Made by a program: the position numbers and the translations under genes
The notes under the pieces: generated by a model
Database searches by the model: none
What the model saw: only the letters and a program-made list of their open reading frames with translations
Told to the model about the DNA's origin: nothing
Shown: piece by piece, positions 13,709 to 22,416 of the stretch
Position numbering within the stretch: the stretch's first letter is position 1
Layout: the number at the start of each line of letters is the position of its first letter
Origin: Pirellulales bacterium
GTDB lineage: Bacteria > Planctomycetota > Planctomycetia > Pirellulales > UBA1268
Direction of reading: 5' to 3'
Length of the DNA stretch: 61,450 nucleotides
NCBI GenBank assembly: GCA_040397685.1
Contig: JBBAVM010000001.1
Span: 64,432 to 125,881 of the forward strand

Positions 13709-13866
13709 CCCAGGTCGTCCAAGAACCCCGGAGCGGAAGCGACGGGATCGGGGGCCGTGCGGTCAGTGCGGACCGTTTTACGTTAAAGAGAGATTCTCGT
13801 TTCCACGTTGCGGACCGCGGTGTGCCGGCGGCATCATGGAATGGCTCTCTGGCCGCCAGACTCCCC

Positions 13867-16827
13867 ATGACAACGCCCCCCCTCGTCCGCCTCGCGGCCA
13901 GCCTCGAAGGCGAATGTTCCACGGACAGTCTCGCCCGCACGATCTATGCGACCGACGCCTCGGAATACCAGGAGCGGCCGCTCGCTGTCGCCTTCCCGAA
14001 GTCGGAGGCTGACGTCCAATCAATCGTGCGGTTCGCTGCGGAGCACCGCCTGGGGCTCATCCCCCGCGGGGCCGGCACGTCGCTCGCCGGGCAAGTCGTC
14101 GGCGGCGGCATCGTGGTCGACCTCGGCCGACACCTGAACCGCATCGTGGCGCTCGACGTCGAGCGGCGGCGAGTCCGCGTGCAGCCGGGCGTCGTCCGCA
14201 ACGAGCTCAACCGGTTCCTCACGCCGCACGGCCTGTTCTTCGGCCCCGAAACCTCGACGGCCTCCTGGGCGATGATCGGCGGGATGGTGGGCAATAACTC
14301 CTGCGGGTCGAACTCGATCGCCTACGGCTCCACCCGCGACCATCTTGTTTCCGCCCGCGGGTTTCTCGCCGACGGCTCCCAGGTCACGTTCGGCCCGCTC
14401 TCGCCCGATGCATTCGCCGAAAAGTGCCGCGGCCCCGACACGCTCGAAACGTCCATTTATAGAAGGATCGGGGAACTGCTCGGCGACTCCGCCAACCGCC
14501 AGCTCATCCACGAATCGTTTCCCCGGCCGGAGGTGACCCGCCGCAACACGGGGTACGCGCTCGACGCCCTCATGGATGCGTCGTGCCTCGATCCGGCGAG
14601 CCCGCGCGAGTTCAATATGTGCCGGCTGCTCGCGGGTTCGGAGGGCACGCTCTTCGTGGGCGTCGAGTTCGAGCTCGCACTTGTGCCGCTACCGCCGCCG
14701 GGTGCGCTCCTCTGCGTCCACTGCCGGTCGGTGGACGAGGCCCTGCAGGCCACGCTCGTGGCCATGCGGCGTCGTGGCGGCGAGGTCTCGCTCACGGCCT
14801 GCGAACTGATCGACGACAAGATCCTCGCCTGTACGAAAGACAACCTCGAGCAGGCCCGCAACCGGGAGTTCGTCGTCGGCGACCCCGGCGCCGTGCTCGT
14901 GGTCGAATTCAAGCACGCCGACCGTGGCCGCCTGACGCAGGCTCTCGCCGATCTCGAGGCCGACCTCCGCTCAACAGGCCTCGGCTATGCGTTCCCGATG
15001 CTCTTCGGCCCCGATGGCGACAAGGTCTGGGAGCTCCGGCGGGCCGGGCAGGGGCTCGTCAACAACGTGCCCGGCGACGCCAAGCCGCGCGAGATCGTGG
15101 AAGACACGGCCGTGGCCGTCGAGGACCTTCCCGCCTACATCGCCGAGTTCGACCGGCTGCTCTCCGAGAAGTATGGAATCGACTGCGTGCACTACGCGCA
15201 CGCGGGTGCGGGCGAACTCCACCTGCGGCCGCTCTTCGACCTGCGGACGGCCGCGGGCCTGAAGCTGTTCCGTGACGTCGCCACCGATGTCGCCGCCCTC
15301 GTGAAGAAATACCGCGGCAGTCTCTCCGGCGAGCACGGCGACGGCCGGCTGCGCGGCGAGTTCATCCGCACGATGGTCGGCCCCGCGTGCTTCGAGTTGC
15401 TCGTGGCGGTCAAGCGCGCGTTCGATCCCCACGGCATCCTCAACCCCGGCAAAATCATCGACACGCCGCCGATGGACACGTCGCTGCGGATCGTGCCGGG
15501 CGAATCCGAGCCGCACCGCGACACCGTGTTTCGGTTTGCCGACACCGGCGGCATTCTTCGGGCCGCCGAAAAGTGCACGGGCGTCGGCCAGTGCAGAAAG
15601 ACGCACCTCATCGGCGGCACGATGTGCCCGAGCTACATGGCCACCCGCGACGAGCGCGACACGACGCGCGCGAGAGCCAACGTCCTCCGGCAGGCACTCG
15701 CCGATCCGGCCACCGCCGACCCCTGGTCGCGACCGGAACTCGCCGAGGTGATGGATCTCTGCCTCTCGTGCAAGGCCTGCAAGAGCGAGTGCCCGTCGAA
15801 CGTGGACATGGCCCGGCTCAAGGCCGAGTGGCAGCAGCACGCTCACGACGCCAAGGGCATCTCCCTCCGCACGCGGCTCGTCGCGGGCTCCGCCGCGACG
15901 TTTCGCCGGGCGGCGATCGCTCCGTGGCTCTACAACGCCGCCGTGACGGCGCCGGGTATCTCGCGGCTCGTCAAAACCGTGCTCGGGTTCCATCCGCGGC
16001 GTTCGCTGCCGCCGCTCGCTCCCATCACGCTCCGCGGCTGGCTCGCCCGGCGTCCGCCACGGCTGGCTCCCGCGCCCCTCGGCCGCGTCCATCTCTTCTG
16101 CGACGAGTTCACCGACACGCTCGACGCCGGGATCGGCATCAAGGCCGTGGAACTGCTCGAGCGACTGGGCTACGAAGTCGTCGTGCCGCGGCACGTGGAC
16201 AGTGGCCGGGCCCACCTCTCGAAGGGGCTTGTCCGCGAGGCCCGCGACCTCGCCACCCGGAACGTCGAACTCCTTGCCAACGCGGTCACGGCCGACGCCC
16301 CGCTCGTCGGCATCGAGCCCTCGGCGATCCTCTCGTTTCGCGACGAGTATCCCGATCTCGTGCCGGAGCGCCTCGCGGCATCCGCCAAGCGTCTCGCGGG
16401 CCACACGCTCCTCATCGACGAGTTCCTCGCCCATGAGGCGGAAGCGGGCCGAATCATGGCGGATTCGTTCACGGCGGCCTCTCGAAAAATAAGACTGCAC
16501 GGGCATTGCCATCAGAAGGCGCTGTCGTCGCTCGCTGCGACGGTCACGGCCCTGTCCCTACCGCAAAACTACTCCGTGGAGACGATCCCCAGCGGCTGCT
16601 GCGGCATGGCCGGCTCGTTCGGCTACGAGCGCGAGCACTTTGAATTGTCGATGCAGATCGGAGGCCTCGTCCTCTTTCCCGCGGTGCGGGAGACGCCGGC
16701 CGAGACGCTCATCGCCGCCCCCGGCACCAGTTGCCGCCACCAGATCAAGGACGGCACCGGCCGCGAAGCGCTCCACCCCGTCGAAATCCTCCACGCCGCC
16801 CTGGCACCGCGTACGATGTCGGCATGA
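13867..16827 (+). CDS. FAD-binding + (Fe-S)-binding oxidoreductase (GlcD/GlcF-type fusion, D-lactate/glycolate dehydrogenase-like)
   Basis: ATG 13867 (MTTPPLVRL). Motifs: FAD PCMH domain (IPRGAGTSLAGQ), HAGAGELH, two Cys clusters (CxGxGxCRK.., CLSCKACKSECP), and a CCG-type C-terminus. Confidence 0.85.
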   Translation: MTTPPLVRLAASLEGECSTDSLARTIYATDASEYQERPLAVAFPKSEADVQSIVRFAAEHRLGLIPRGAGTSLAGQVVGGGIVVDLGRHLNRIVALDVERRRVRVQPGVVRNELNRFLTPHGLFFGPETSTASWAMIGGMVGNNSCGSNSIAYGSTRDHLVSARGFLADGSQVTFGPLSPDAFAEKCRGPDTLETSIYRRIGELLGDSANRQLIHESFPRPEVTRRNTGYALDALMDASCLDPASPREFNMCRLLAGSEGTLFVGVEFELALVPLPPPGALLCVHCRSVDEALQATLVAMRRRGGEVSLTACELIDDKILACTKDNLEQARNREFVVGDPGAVLVVEFKHADRGRLTQALADLEADLRSTGLGYAFPMLFGPDGDKVWELRRAGQGLVNNVPGDAKPREIVEDTAVAVEDLPAYIAEFDRLLSEKYGIDCVHYAHAGAGELHLRPLFDLRTAAGLKLFRDVATDVAALVKKYRGSLSGEHGDGRLRGEFIRTMVGPACFELLVAVKRAFDPHGILNPGKIIDTPPMDTSLRIVPGESEPHRDTVFRFADTGGILRAAEKCTGVGQCRKTHLIGGTMCPSYMATRDERDTTRARANVLRQALADPATADPWSRPELAEVMDLCLSCKACKSECPSNVDMARLKAEWQQHAHDAKGISLRTRLVAGSAATFRRAAIAPWLYNAAVTAPGISRLVKTVLGFHPRRSLPPLAPITLRGWLARRPPRLAPAPLGRVHLFCDEFTDTLDAGIGIKAVELLERLGYEVVVPRHVDSGRAHLSKGLVREARDLATRNVELLANAVTADAPLVGIEPSAILSFRDEYPDLVPERLAASAKRLAGHTLLIDEFLAHEAEAGRIMADSFTAASRKIRLHGHCHQKALSSLAATVTALSLPQNYSVETIPSGCCGMAGSFGYEREHFELSMQIGGLVLFPAVRETPAETLIAAPGTSCRHQIKDGTGREALHPVEILHAALAPRTMSA

Positions 16828-18191
16828 AACCGACCACGATCGTTTGGCTGCGGCACGATCTCCGTCTCGATGACAACCCGGCGCTCGCGGCGGCAGCGGC
16901 CCGCGGGGCTGTGGTGCCGGCATTCATCTGGGCCCCCGAGGAAGAGGCGCCCTGGGAGCCGGGTGCGGCGTCACGCTGGTGGCTGCATCAGTCGCTCGAA
17001 CAGCTCTCCGCGGCATTCGCCAAGGCTGGCACGCCGCTCGTGATCCGCCGCGGCCCGTCGCTCGATGCCCTGCGGAAGCTCGCGCAGGAAACGAACGCGA
17101 CGCACGTCGCCTGGAACCGTCGCTACGAGCCGGCCGTGATCAAGCGCGACACCGGCATCAAGCAGGCCCTCGCCGCCGACGGCCTCGACGTGGAGAGCTT
17201 CAACGGCGCCCTGCTGTTCGAGCCGATGCACGTGGCCACGAAGGAGGGAAAACCGTATCAGGTGTTCTCACCGTTCTGGCGGGCGCTCTTGAGCCGCGAG
17301 GAGCCGGCCGAGCCGGTGGCGGCCCCCAGGAAGCTCACGGCGCCGGAGAAATCGCTCAAGAGCCTGGCGATCGACGCGCTCGATCTCCTGCCCACGATCG
17401 ATTGGGCCGGCACGATGCGGAAGACGTGGACGCCGGGCGAGGCGGGCGGGGCGAAGCGACTCGGTCGGTTCGTCGAGCGGGGCCTCGCCGACTACGACGA
17501 CGAGCGGAACCGTCCCGACCACGACGGCACGAGCGCCCTCTCGCCCCACCTCCACTTCGGCGAGATCTCACCCCGCCGCGTGTGGCACGCCGTCCGCGCC
17601 GCCATCGGCGGCAAGCCTGCGAAGGCGATCACGACCGGCGGCGCCGAGGCCTACCTCCGCGAGCTCGGCTGGCGCGAGTTCGCGAACCACCTGCTCTACC
17701 ACTTCCCGCACACCGCGAACGCGCCTTTGCGCGCCGACTACGCGCGGTTTCCGTGGGCGAAGGATCCTGTCGGCCTCCGTGCCTGGCAACGCGGCCGCAC
17801 GGGCTTCCCGATCGTCGATGCCGGCATGCGGCAGCTGTGGGCGACCGGCTGGATGCACAACCGCGTGCGGATGATCGTGGCGAGCTTTCTCGTAAAGGAC
17901 CTGCGGATCTCGTGGCTCGAGGGGGCAAATTGGTTTTGGGACACGCTCGTCGATGCCGATCTCGCGGCCAACACGCTCGGCTGGCAGTGGGCCGCTGGCT
18001 GCGGGGCCGATGCGGCGCCCTACTTCCGGATCTTCAATCCCACGAGCCAGGCGGAGAAATTCGATCCCGACGGGGCCTACGTGAAAGAGTGGGTGGGCGT
18101 CGATGCGGCCGACTATCCCGAACCGATCGTCGACCACGCCGAAGCCCGCAAGCTCGCACTCGAGGCCCTCAAGGCCATGTCGCGAAAGTAG
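16824..18191 (+). CDS. phrB: Deoxyribodipyrimidine photo-lyase (class I CPD type)
   Basis: ATG 16824 overlaps the upstream stop (ATGA). Motifs: IVWLRHDLRLDDNPAL, TSALSPHLHFGEISPRR, GFPIVDAGMRQLWATGWMHNRVRMIVASFLVKDL, LGWQWAAGCGADAAPYFRIFNP. Confidence 0.92.
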   Translation: MKPTTIVWLRHDLRLDDNPALAAAAARGAVVPAFIWAPEEEAPWEPGAASRWWLHQSLEQLSAAFAKAGTPLVIRRGPSLDALRKLAQETNATHVAWNRRYEPAVIKRDTGIKQALAADGLDVESFNGALLFEPMHVATKEGKPYQVFSPFWRALLSREEPAEPVAAPRKLTAPEKSLKSLAIDALDLLPTIDWAGTMRKTWTPGEAGGAKRLGRFVERGLADYDDERNRPDHDGTSALSPHLHFGEISPRRVWHAVRAAIGGKPAKAITTGGAEAYLRELGWREFANHLLYHFPHTANAPLRADYARFPWAKDPVGLRAWQRGRTGFPIVDAGMRQLWATGWMHNRVRMIVASFLVKDLRISWLEGANWFWDTLVDADLAANTLGWQWAAGCGADAAPYFRIFNPTSQAEKFDPDGAYVKEWVGVDAADYPEPIVDHAEARKLALEALKAMSRK

Positions 18192-18298
18192 GACAGGCTT
18201 CAGCCTGTCGGATTCACCGTTGATTCGTGAGCATGACAGGCTGAAGCCTGTCCCACGCTTTACTATTCGCGAGCATGACAGGCTGAAGCCTGTCCCAC
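18188..18298. repeat. Composite palindromic (REP/RPE-like) element, with its second arm tandemly duplicated
   Basis: Arm GTAGGACAGGCTTCAGCCTGTC (18188-18209), a 25-nt spacer, then inverted arm GACAGGCTGAAGCCTGTCCCAC (18235-18256). A third arm lies at 18277-18298, one 42-bp period later. Fills the convergent gap between the phrB stop (18189-18191) and the lipoprotein stop (18302). Confidence 0.9.
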
Positions 18299-18301
18299 GC
18301 T

Positions 18302-19246
18302 TTACTTCTTCTCGAGCGCCATTGTGAGCGCCCGCACCTTGTCCACGATCGTCTTCATGGCATCGGGCTCCGCCACCTTGTTGGCCGCCTTGTCGGCCTC
18401 CTTCAAGAGCGCGAGGGCCTCCTTCGTGGCTCCGTTCGCGTCGAGCGCCGTGGCCACGGCGAGCAGGGCATAAGCCCGGCTCTCCGCCCGCTCCACGCTC
18501 TTGGCCGCCTTGGCCGCCTCGTCGAGCAGCGCCGTGGCCTCGGCCTTCTTCCCCGTCTGCGCCTTCACGTTCGCGGCGGCGGCAAGCGCTTCCGCCTTCG
18601 CCCGCGGTTCCTCGAGCCCCTTCGCAGCCTCCTCGAGTTTGCCGACCATGTCGCTGGCGGCATCGGCCAGGCCGCTTCGCGTGTAGCCCAGCGCCACCGC
18701 CGCGAGGGCTTCCGCCCGAAACCGCTCGTCGGCTGCCTCCGCCGCCTCGGTCGCCCGGGAAAGCGCATCTTTCGCGGCCTTGCCGTCGGCGAGCCCCTTC
18801 GCCTTGTCGCCATACACGCCCCCCGCCTCTGCGAGCACGCCCGCCCGACGCACCGGATCGTCGATCTTCGCCGCGAGATCGGTGGCCTTCTTGAGGGCGT
18901 CGCGGGCCGGCTTCTTCTCGCCCGTCTCGGCAAGGAAAGCCGCGACCTCGACCAGCCGCGGCCCAAACTGGCTGGCCTCGCCTTCGCCCGACACCTTGTC
19001 GAACGCCTTCTTCGCAGAGTCCTTCGCGCCCGTCTTGTCGCCCGAGGCGAACTGCCGACGAGCCACCTTCAGATACGCAGCCGCCTGGCGGTCGGGCGTG
19101 GACTCTTTCTCCGCCTTCTCGAGCTGCTGCTTCATCGTCAGGCCGCCCTTCTTCGACTTTTTCTTCGTGCCGCCGCACCCGGCCATGGGCAGCAGAAGAC
19201 CGACGCCAATCAAGGTGGCGAGCAGGAGGCGGGCGGGGGCGATCAT
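18302..19246 (-). CDS. Lipoprotein with Ala/Lys/Glu-rich helical (TPR-like) repeats
   Basis: N-terminus MIAPARLLLATLIGVGLLLPMAGC (lipobox), followed by a repetitive helical A/K/E-rich sequence. Confidence 0.6.
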   Translation of the reverse strand: MIAPARLLLATLIGVGLLLPMAGCGGTKKKSKKGGLTMKQQLEKAEKESTPDRQAAAYLKVARRQFASGDKTGAKDSAKKAFDKVSGEGEASQFGPRLVEVAAFLAETGEKKPARDALKKATDLAAKIDDPVRRAGVLAEAGGVYGDKAKGLADGKAAKDALSRATEAAEAADERFRAEALAAVALGYTRSGLADAASDMVGKLEEAAKGLEEPRAKAEALAAAANVKAQTGKKAEATALLDEAAKAAKSVERAESRAYALLAVATALDANGATKEALALLKEADKAANKVAEPDAMKTIVDKVRALTMALEKK

Positions 19247-19290
19247 GCAGGAACCCTCCGGGAACGGGCTGGAGACGGACAGGGGAGAAC

Positions 19291-20544
19291 TCAGAACTTG
19301 AGCCGGGCGCGGGAAAGCCGGGCATGGGTCTCGGCCATGAGGTCGTCCTCGGCCGATTCGTCCTCGGCTTCATACGTGGCGGAGAAGCGGAGGTAGGCGC
19401 CGCAGTCGTCCCACGGCACGGTCGAGATCGAGAGATCGTGGATCAAAAACTGGCTCGCGTCCTGCGCGGTCGCGAACGCGCGGTCGCCTGCGCCCTTCGG
19501 GCTCCGCGTGTAGAGGAAGTACGTGCCGCCGGGCATCTCGCAGTCAAACCCCACGGCGCGCAGCACGCCCACGAGCTTCTCGAGCCGCCGGCGATACTTT
19601 TCCCGCACCCGCTTCGGGATCGTCGCGTCGTCGAGCGCGGCGGCGCCCGCCTTTTGGATCGCCATGAACTGCCCCGAATCGCAGTTGTCCTTCACGTCGG
19701 CGAAGGCCCGCACGATCTTTTCGTGGCCGCATACCCAGCCCAGACGCCAGCCGATCATATGGAAGCCCTTCGACATCGAGTGCACCTCCACGCCCACCTC
19801 CTTCGCCCCATCGACGGAGAGGAACGAGAGCGGCTCGTCGTCGTAGGAGAGCATGATGTGGGCCGCATCCTGCACCACGATGACACGGTGCTTGTGGGCC
19901 CAGTCCACCACTTTCTCGTAGAAGGCCCGCGTGGCGGTCTTGCCGGTCGGACTGTTCGGATAGCAGAGGACGAGCAATTTCGTCTTGGCGAGGACGTCGG
20001 CGGGAATGCCGTCGAGGTCCGGGAAGAAATCGTGCTCGGGCACGAGCGGCAGCCGGTGCACCACGCCGCCGAACCAGCGGGTCGCGGTGCCGGCAACGGG
20101 ATAGCCGGGTACGGTCATGAGCGTGACGTCGCCGGGGTTGATGAACGCGGCCGGCAGCATGGCGTAGGCCGTCTTCGACCCGATGCAGTGGTTGACCTCC
20201 GTGACGGGGTCGATCGCGACGCCGAACTCCCGCTGCATGAACCGGGCCACCGCCTCCTTGTAGGCGGCGATGCCGTTGTCGGCGTAGCCGCGGTTTTCCG
20301 GCCGATCGACCTCGCGCCGCATCACGGCCCGCACGCTCTCGGGGGCCATCTCGTCGTTCTCGCCGATCCCGAAGTCGAGCATGCGGCGTTCGGGGTGGTC
20401 GGCCATCGCCTTCCGCTTGGCCCGCTTGATGAGCTCGAACTTGTAGATCTCGTTGCCCTTGCCGTAGTTGGCCCCGCCGATCCGGTCGGCGAAGCGGTCT
20501 TGGAACCAGGGATCGGCGGCAGCGGGCGTCGTGATGGTGGCCAT
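19291..20544 (-). CDS. dapL: LL-diaminopimelate aminotransferase
   Basis: Motifs: DFGIGENDEMAP, YADNGI, IGSKTAYAMLPAAFINPGDV..VPGYPV, YPNSPTG, HSMSKGFHMIGWRLGW, KDNCDSGQF. Confidence 0.8.
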   Translation of the reverse strand: MATITTPAAADPWFQDRFADRIGGANYGKGNEIYKFELIKRAKRKAMADHPERRMLDFGIGENDEMAPESVRAVMRREVDRPENRGYADNGIAAYKEAVARFMQREFGVAIDPVTEVNHCIGSKTAYAMLPAAFINPGDVTLMTVPGYPVAGTATRWFGGVVHRLPLVPEHDFFPDLDGIPADVLAKTKLLVLCYPNSPTGKTATRAFYEKVVDWAHKHRVIVVQDAAHIMLSYDDEPLSFLSVDGAKEVGVEVHSMSKGFHMIGWRLGWVCGHEKIVRAFADVKDNCDSGQFMAIQKAGAAALDDATIPKRVREKYRRRLEKLVGVLRAVGFDCEMPGGTYFLYTRSPKGAGDRAFATAQDASQFLIHDLSISTVPWDDCGAYLRFSATYEAEDESAEDDLMAETHARLSRARLKF

Positions 20545-20860
20545 GGAGGAGGGCGGGTGCGGGGCAGAAAGACCCCTTCCTGCGCGGGGGCCTGGCGCGT
20601 CGATCCGGCGCGGCCGGACCGCCGGAAGATACAGGTTTCACCGGGGGTTTCCAACCATTTGATTCGCCTCGGCCGCCATGGTGGAGTGAATCCACAAGGA
20701 GCCGCAGCGATGACATCCCCCTTCGATCGCCCGCATGTTTTCGGCCCTTACGACGGCGACTTCGATCCGTTCGACGACGAGGAAGATGCTGTCGTCCTGA
20801 TCACCTTCGGCTGACCCTCGGCGGCCGCCGCCCACTTCAGCCTTCCCGTGGTTGCGCTGG

Positions 20861-21529
20861 TCAGATCCGCGGGCTCCACGGAAGCCCGAAGCGCAAGCGA
20901 GGGAGAAACGCTGATCCCTCGCTTGCGCTTCCTGCTTCTGCCCGGGGCCGGTCGCCCGGTTCCGTCCCCGGGAGCCGCCGGCTCGCCGCCGTATCGGGCA
21001 GCATGGCCCGTTCCCGGGCGTAGACCTCGCGGAGCCGCGCGGGGTCGATGCCCAAGAGCCTCCGGGTTTCGCCCAGTGGGCGGTCGAGCAGGTCTTCGCG
21101 AAGCGCCAGGTGGAGGTTCCTCACACCCATCCTCCGGCCGGCCTCGAGTCCGAGATCGTAGGCCGCGAGGATCCGCCGGGGAATCCGGTAGGGCGCGGGA
21201 TACAGCCACGCCACCACGAACTTGAACCACGCCTGCTCGAGCCACGAGACCGCTTTCGTCGCCCCCATCGTAAACCCGATGACGAACGCCTCGTCCTGCC
21301 CCAGGAGTCCGCGGCCGAGGAGCACGTGGATCATGTCGTGATGGGCCAGATCGATGGCGCCGTGAAGCCGCAGCCAGCCTTCCGGGTTCTCGAAGAGCCT
21401 CACGACCCAGGGAATCGCCGCCGGCGGCGCTGCCGGCAGCGTGGCGAGCACCGCGCGCAGTGTCTGCCCGTCATTGTCGAGCCCGGGGTTCCAGCGGCTC
21501 CAGGCGGGTTCCATGATCGCACCCTCCAC
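20861..21529 (-). CDS. Hypothetical protein with Coq4-like HDxxH..E motif
   Basis: Lies 63 nt downstream of the ECF sigma gene. Motif HHDMIHVLLGRGLLGQDEAF. The last ~25 codons run through the hairpin at 20889-20930. Confidence 0.45.
   Translation of the reverse strand: MEGAIMEPAWSRWNPGLDNDGQTLRAVLATLPAAPPAAIPWVVRLFENPEGWLRLHGAIDLAHHDMIHVLLGRGLLGQDEAFVIGFTMGATKAVSWLEQAWFKFVVAWLYPAPYRIPRRILAAYDLGLEAGRRMGVRNLHLALREDLLDRPLGETRRLLGIDPARLREVYARERAMLPDTAASRRLPGTEPGDRPRAEAGSASEGSAFLPRLRFGLPWSPRI
20889..20930 (-). terminator. Perfect 16-bp stem hairpin at the 3' end of the sigma-factor operon
   Basis: AAGCGCAAGCGAGGGA-gaaacgctga-TCCCTCGCTTGCGCTT. No U-run follows, so it is terminator-like or REP-like rather than a canonical intrinsic terminator. 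Confidence 0.45.
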
Positions 21530-21592
21530 GAAAATCGTAGGGGTGTCCCGCGGCCGGAAGCCAGCAGCCGCCGGGAGGTCGCCAGGGCGGGA

Positions 21593-22231
21593 TCAGGCCA
21601 GTTTGGCGGCCAGGGCGAATGCCCGCCGGGGCGGCGCCACGCCCCAGATTCGGGCCAGCGCCAGGAGCGCCGAGTGGAGCCGGCTTTTCACGGTGCCGAC
21701 TGGCACGCCAAGAATGGCCGCGGCGTCGCTGTACGCCAGCCCCTGGCCATAGACGAGCTGCACCGTCCGCCGCTGCACCTCCGAAAGGCTCTGGACGGCG
21801 GCCTGCATCCGCCGCCCCTCCTCGCGGTCGCCCACCTGGTCGGCCGGCGTGAGGCCCGCGGCCGGCACCGCCTCGAGCAGGCTCGCCCCGTCGCTGCCGC
21901 AGGCGCGGGTGCCTTCGTGCACGACCCGCCGATGCCGCCGCTCCTGCCGCTGGGCGTCGATCGCCTGGTGGGTGGCGATCGCGTAGAGCCAAGGGCGAAA
22001 CGCCCGGCCTTCCACGAACTGCTCGTGCCGCGTGTAGAGCCGGAGGAACGTCGCCTGAAACACCTCCTCGGCGACGGCCGCATCGCCGATGTAGCGCTGC
22101 AGGTAGCCGAAGAGGGGGGTCTCGTAGCGGTGCACGAGCGCCTCGTAGGCATTGAGGTCGCCGGCATGCCGAAACCGGCTGAAGAGTTCCTCGTCGCTCG
22201 TCGTCATGTCGCGGACAGCGGTGGTGGCCAT
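21593..22231 (-). CDS. RNA polymerase sigma factor, ECF (sigma-70 group 4)
   Basis: Region 2 (YEALVHRYETPLFGYL.., FRPWLYAIATHQAID) and region 4 (LSEVQRRTVQLVYGQGLAYSDAAAILGVPVGTVKSRLH). Confidence 0.85.
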   Translation of the reverse strand: MATTAVRDMTTSDEELFSRFRHAGDLNAYEALVHRYETPLFGYLQRYIGDAAVAEEVFQATFLRLYTRHEQFVEGRAFRPWLYAIATHQAIDAQRQERRHRRVVHEGTRACGSDGASLLEAVPAAGLTPADQVGDREEGRRMQAAVQSLSEVQRRTVQLVYGQGLAYSDAAAILGVPVGTVKSRLHSALLALARIWGVAPPRRAFALAAKLA

Positions 22232-22416
22232 GACTTTTCTCCTGGGCCTCTTCTGGGACTTCGGCGTAGTGCATGCGCCGTGCCAAAGCCGCGCAAACCC
22301 ACCTTTCGCTGCAATCCCGCCGAATCACGTATTCGCGGCACCGCCCGCCGCCGCCGGCCCGGCCGCCACCCGGGCAAAATGCTCCACGCGGTTTGCAAAA
22401 AGCGGCGATCCGCGGC

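Noticed and set aside
14971-16512. 513-aa minus-strand ORF, and similarly 10683-12014 on the plus strand (443 aa)
   Set aside because: They are antisense to the FAD/Fe-S oxidoreductase and to the hydroxylase-esterase gene respectively. No recognisable motifs.
18224-18307. Possible CRISPR-like array (42-bp period)
   Set aside because: There are only two units and no unique spacers, because the whole unit is duplicated. The repeat is part of a dispersed palindromic element, and no cas genes are present in the window.
17568-19373. 601-aa minus-strand ORF spanning the phrB 3' end, the palindromic repeats and the lipoprotein gene
   Set aside because: It is out of frame with the well-supported phrB and lipoprotein calls. 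It has low-complexity R/G/E-rich translation, and it crosses the repeat array, translating it as GTGFSLS repeats.
20710-20814. 34-aa acidic plus-strand ORF (MTSPFDRPHVFGPYDGDFDPFDDEEDAVVLITFG) in the dapL upstream region
   Set aside because: It is too short, has no SD, and shows no supporting conservation visible in the window. It could equally be chance.
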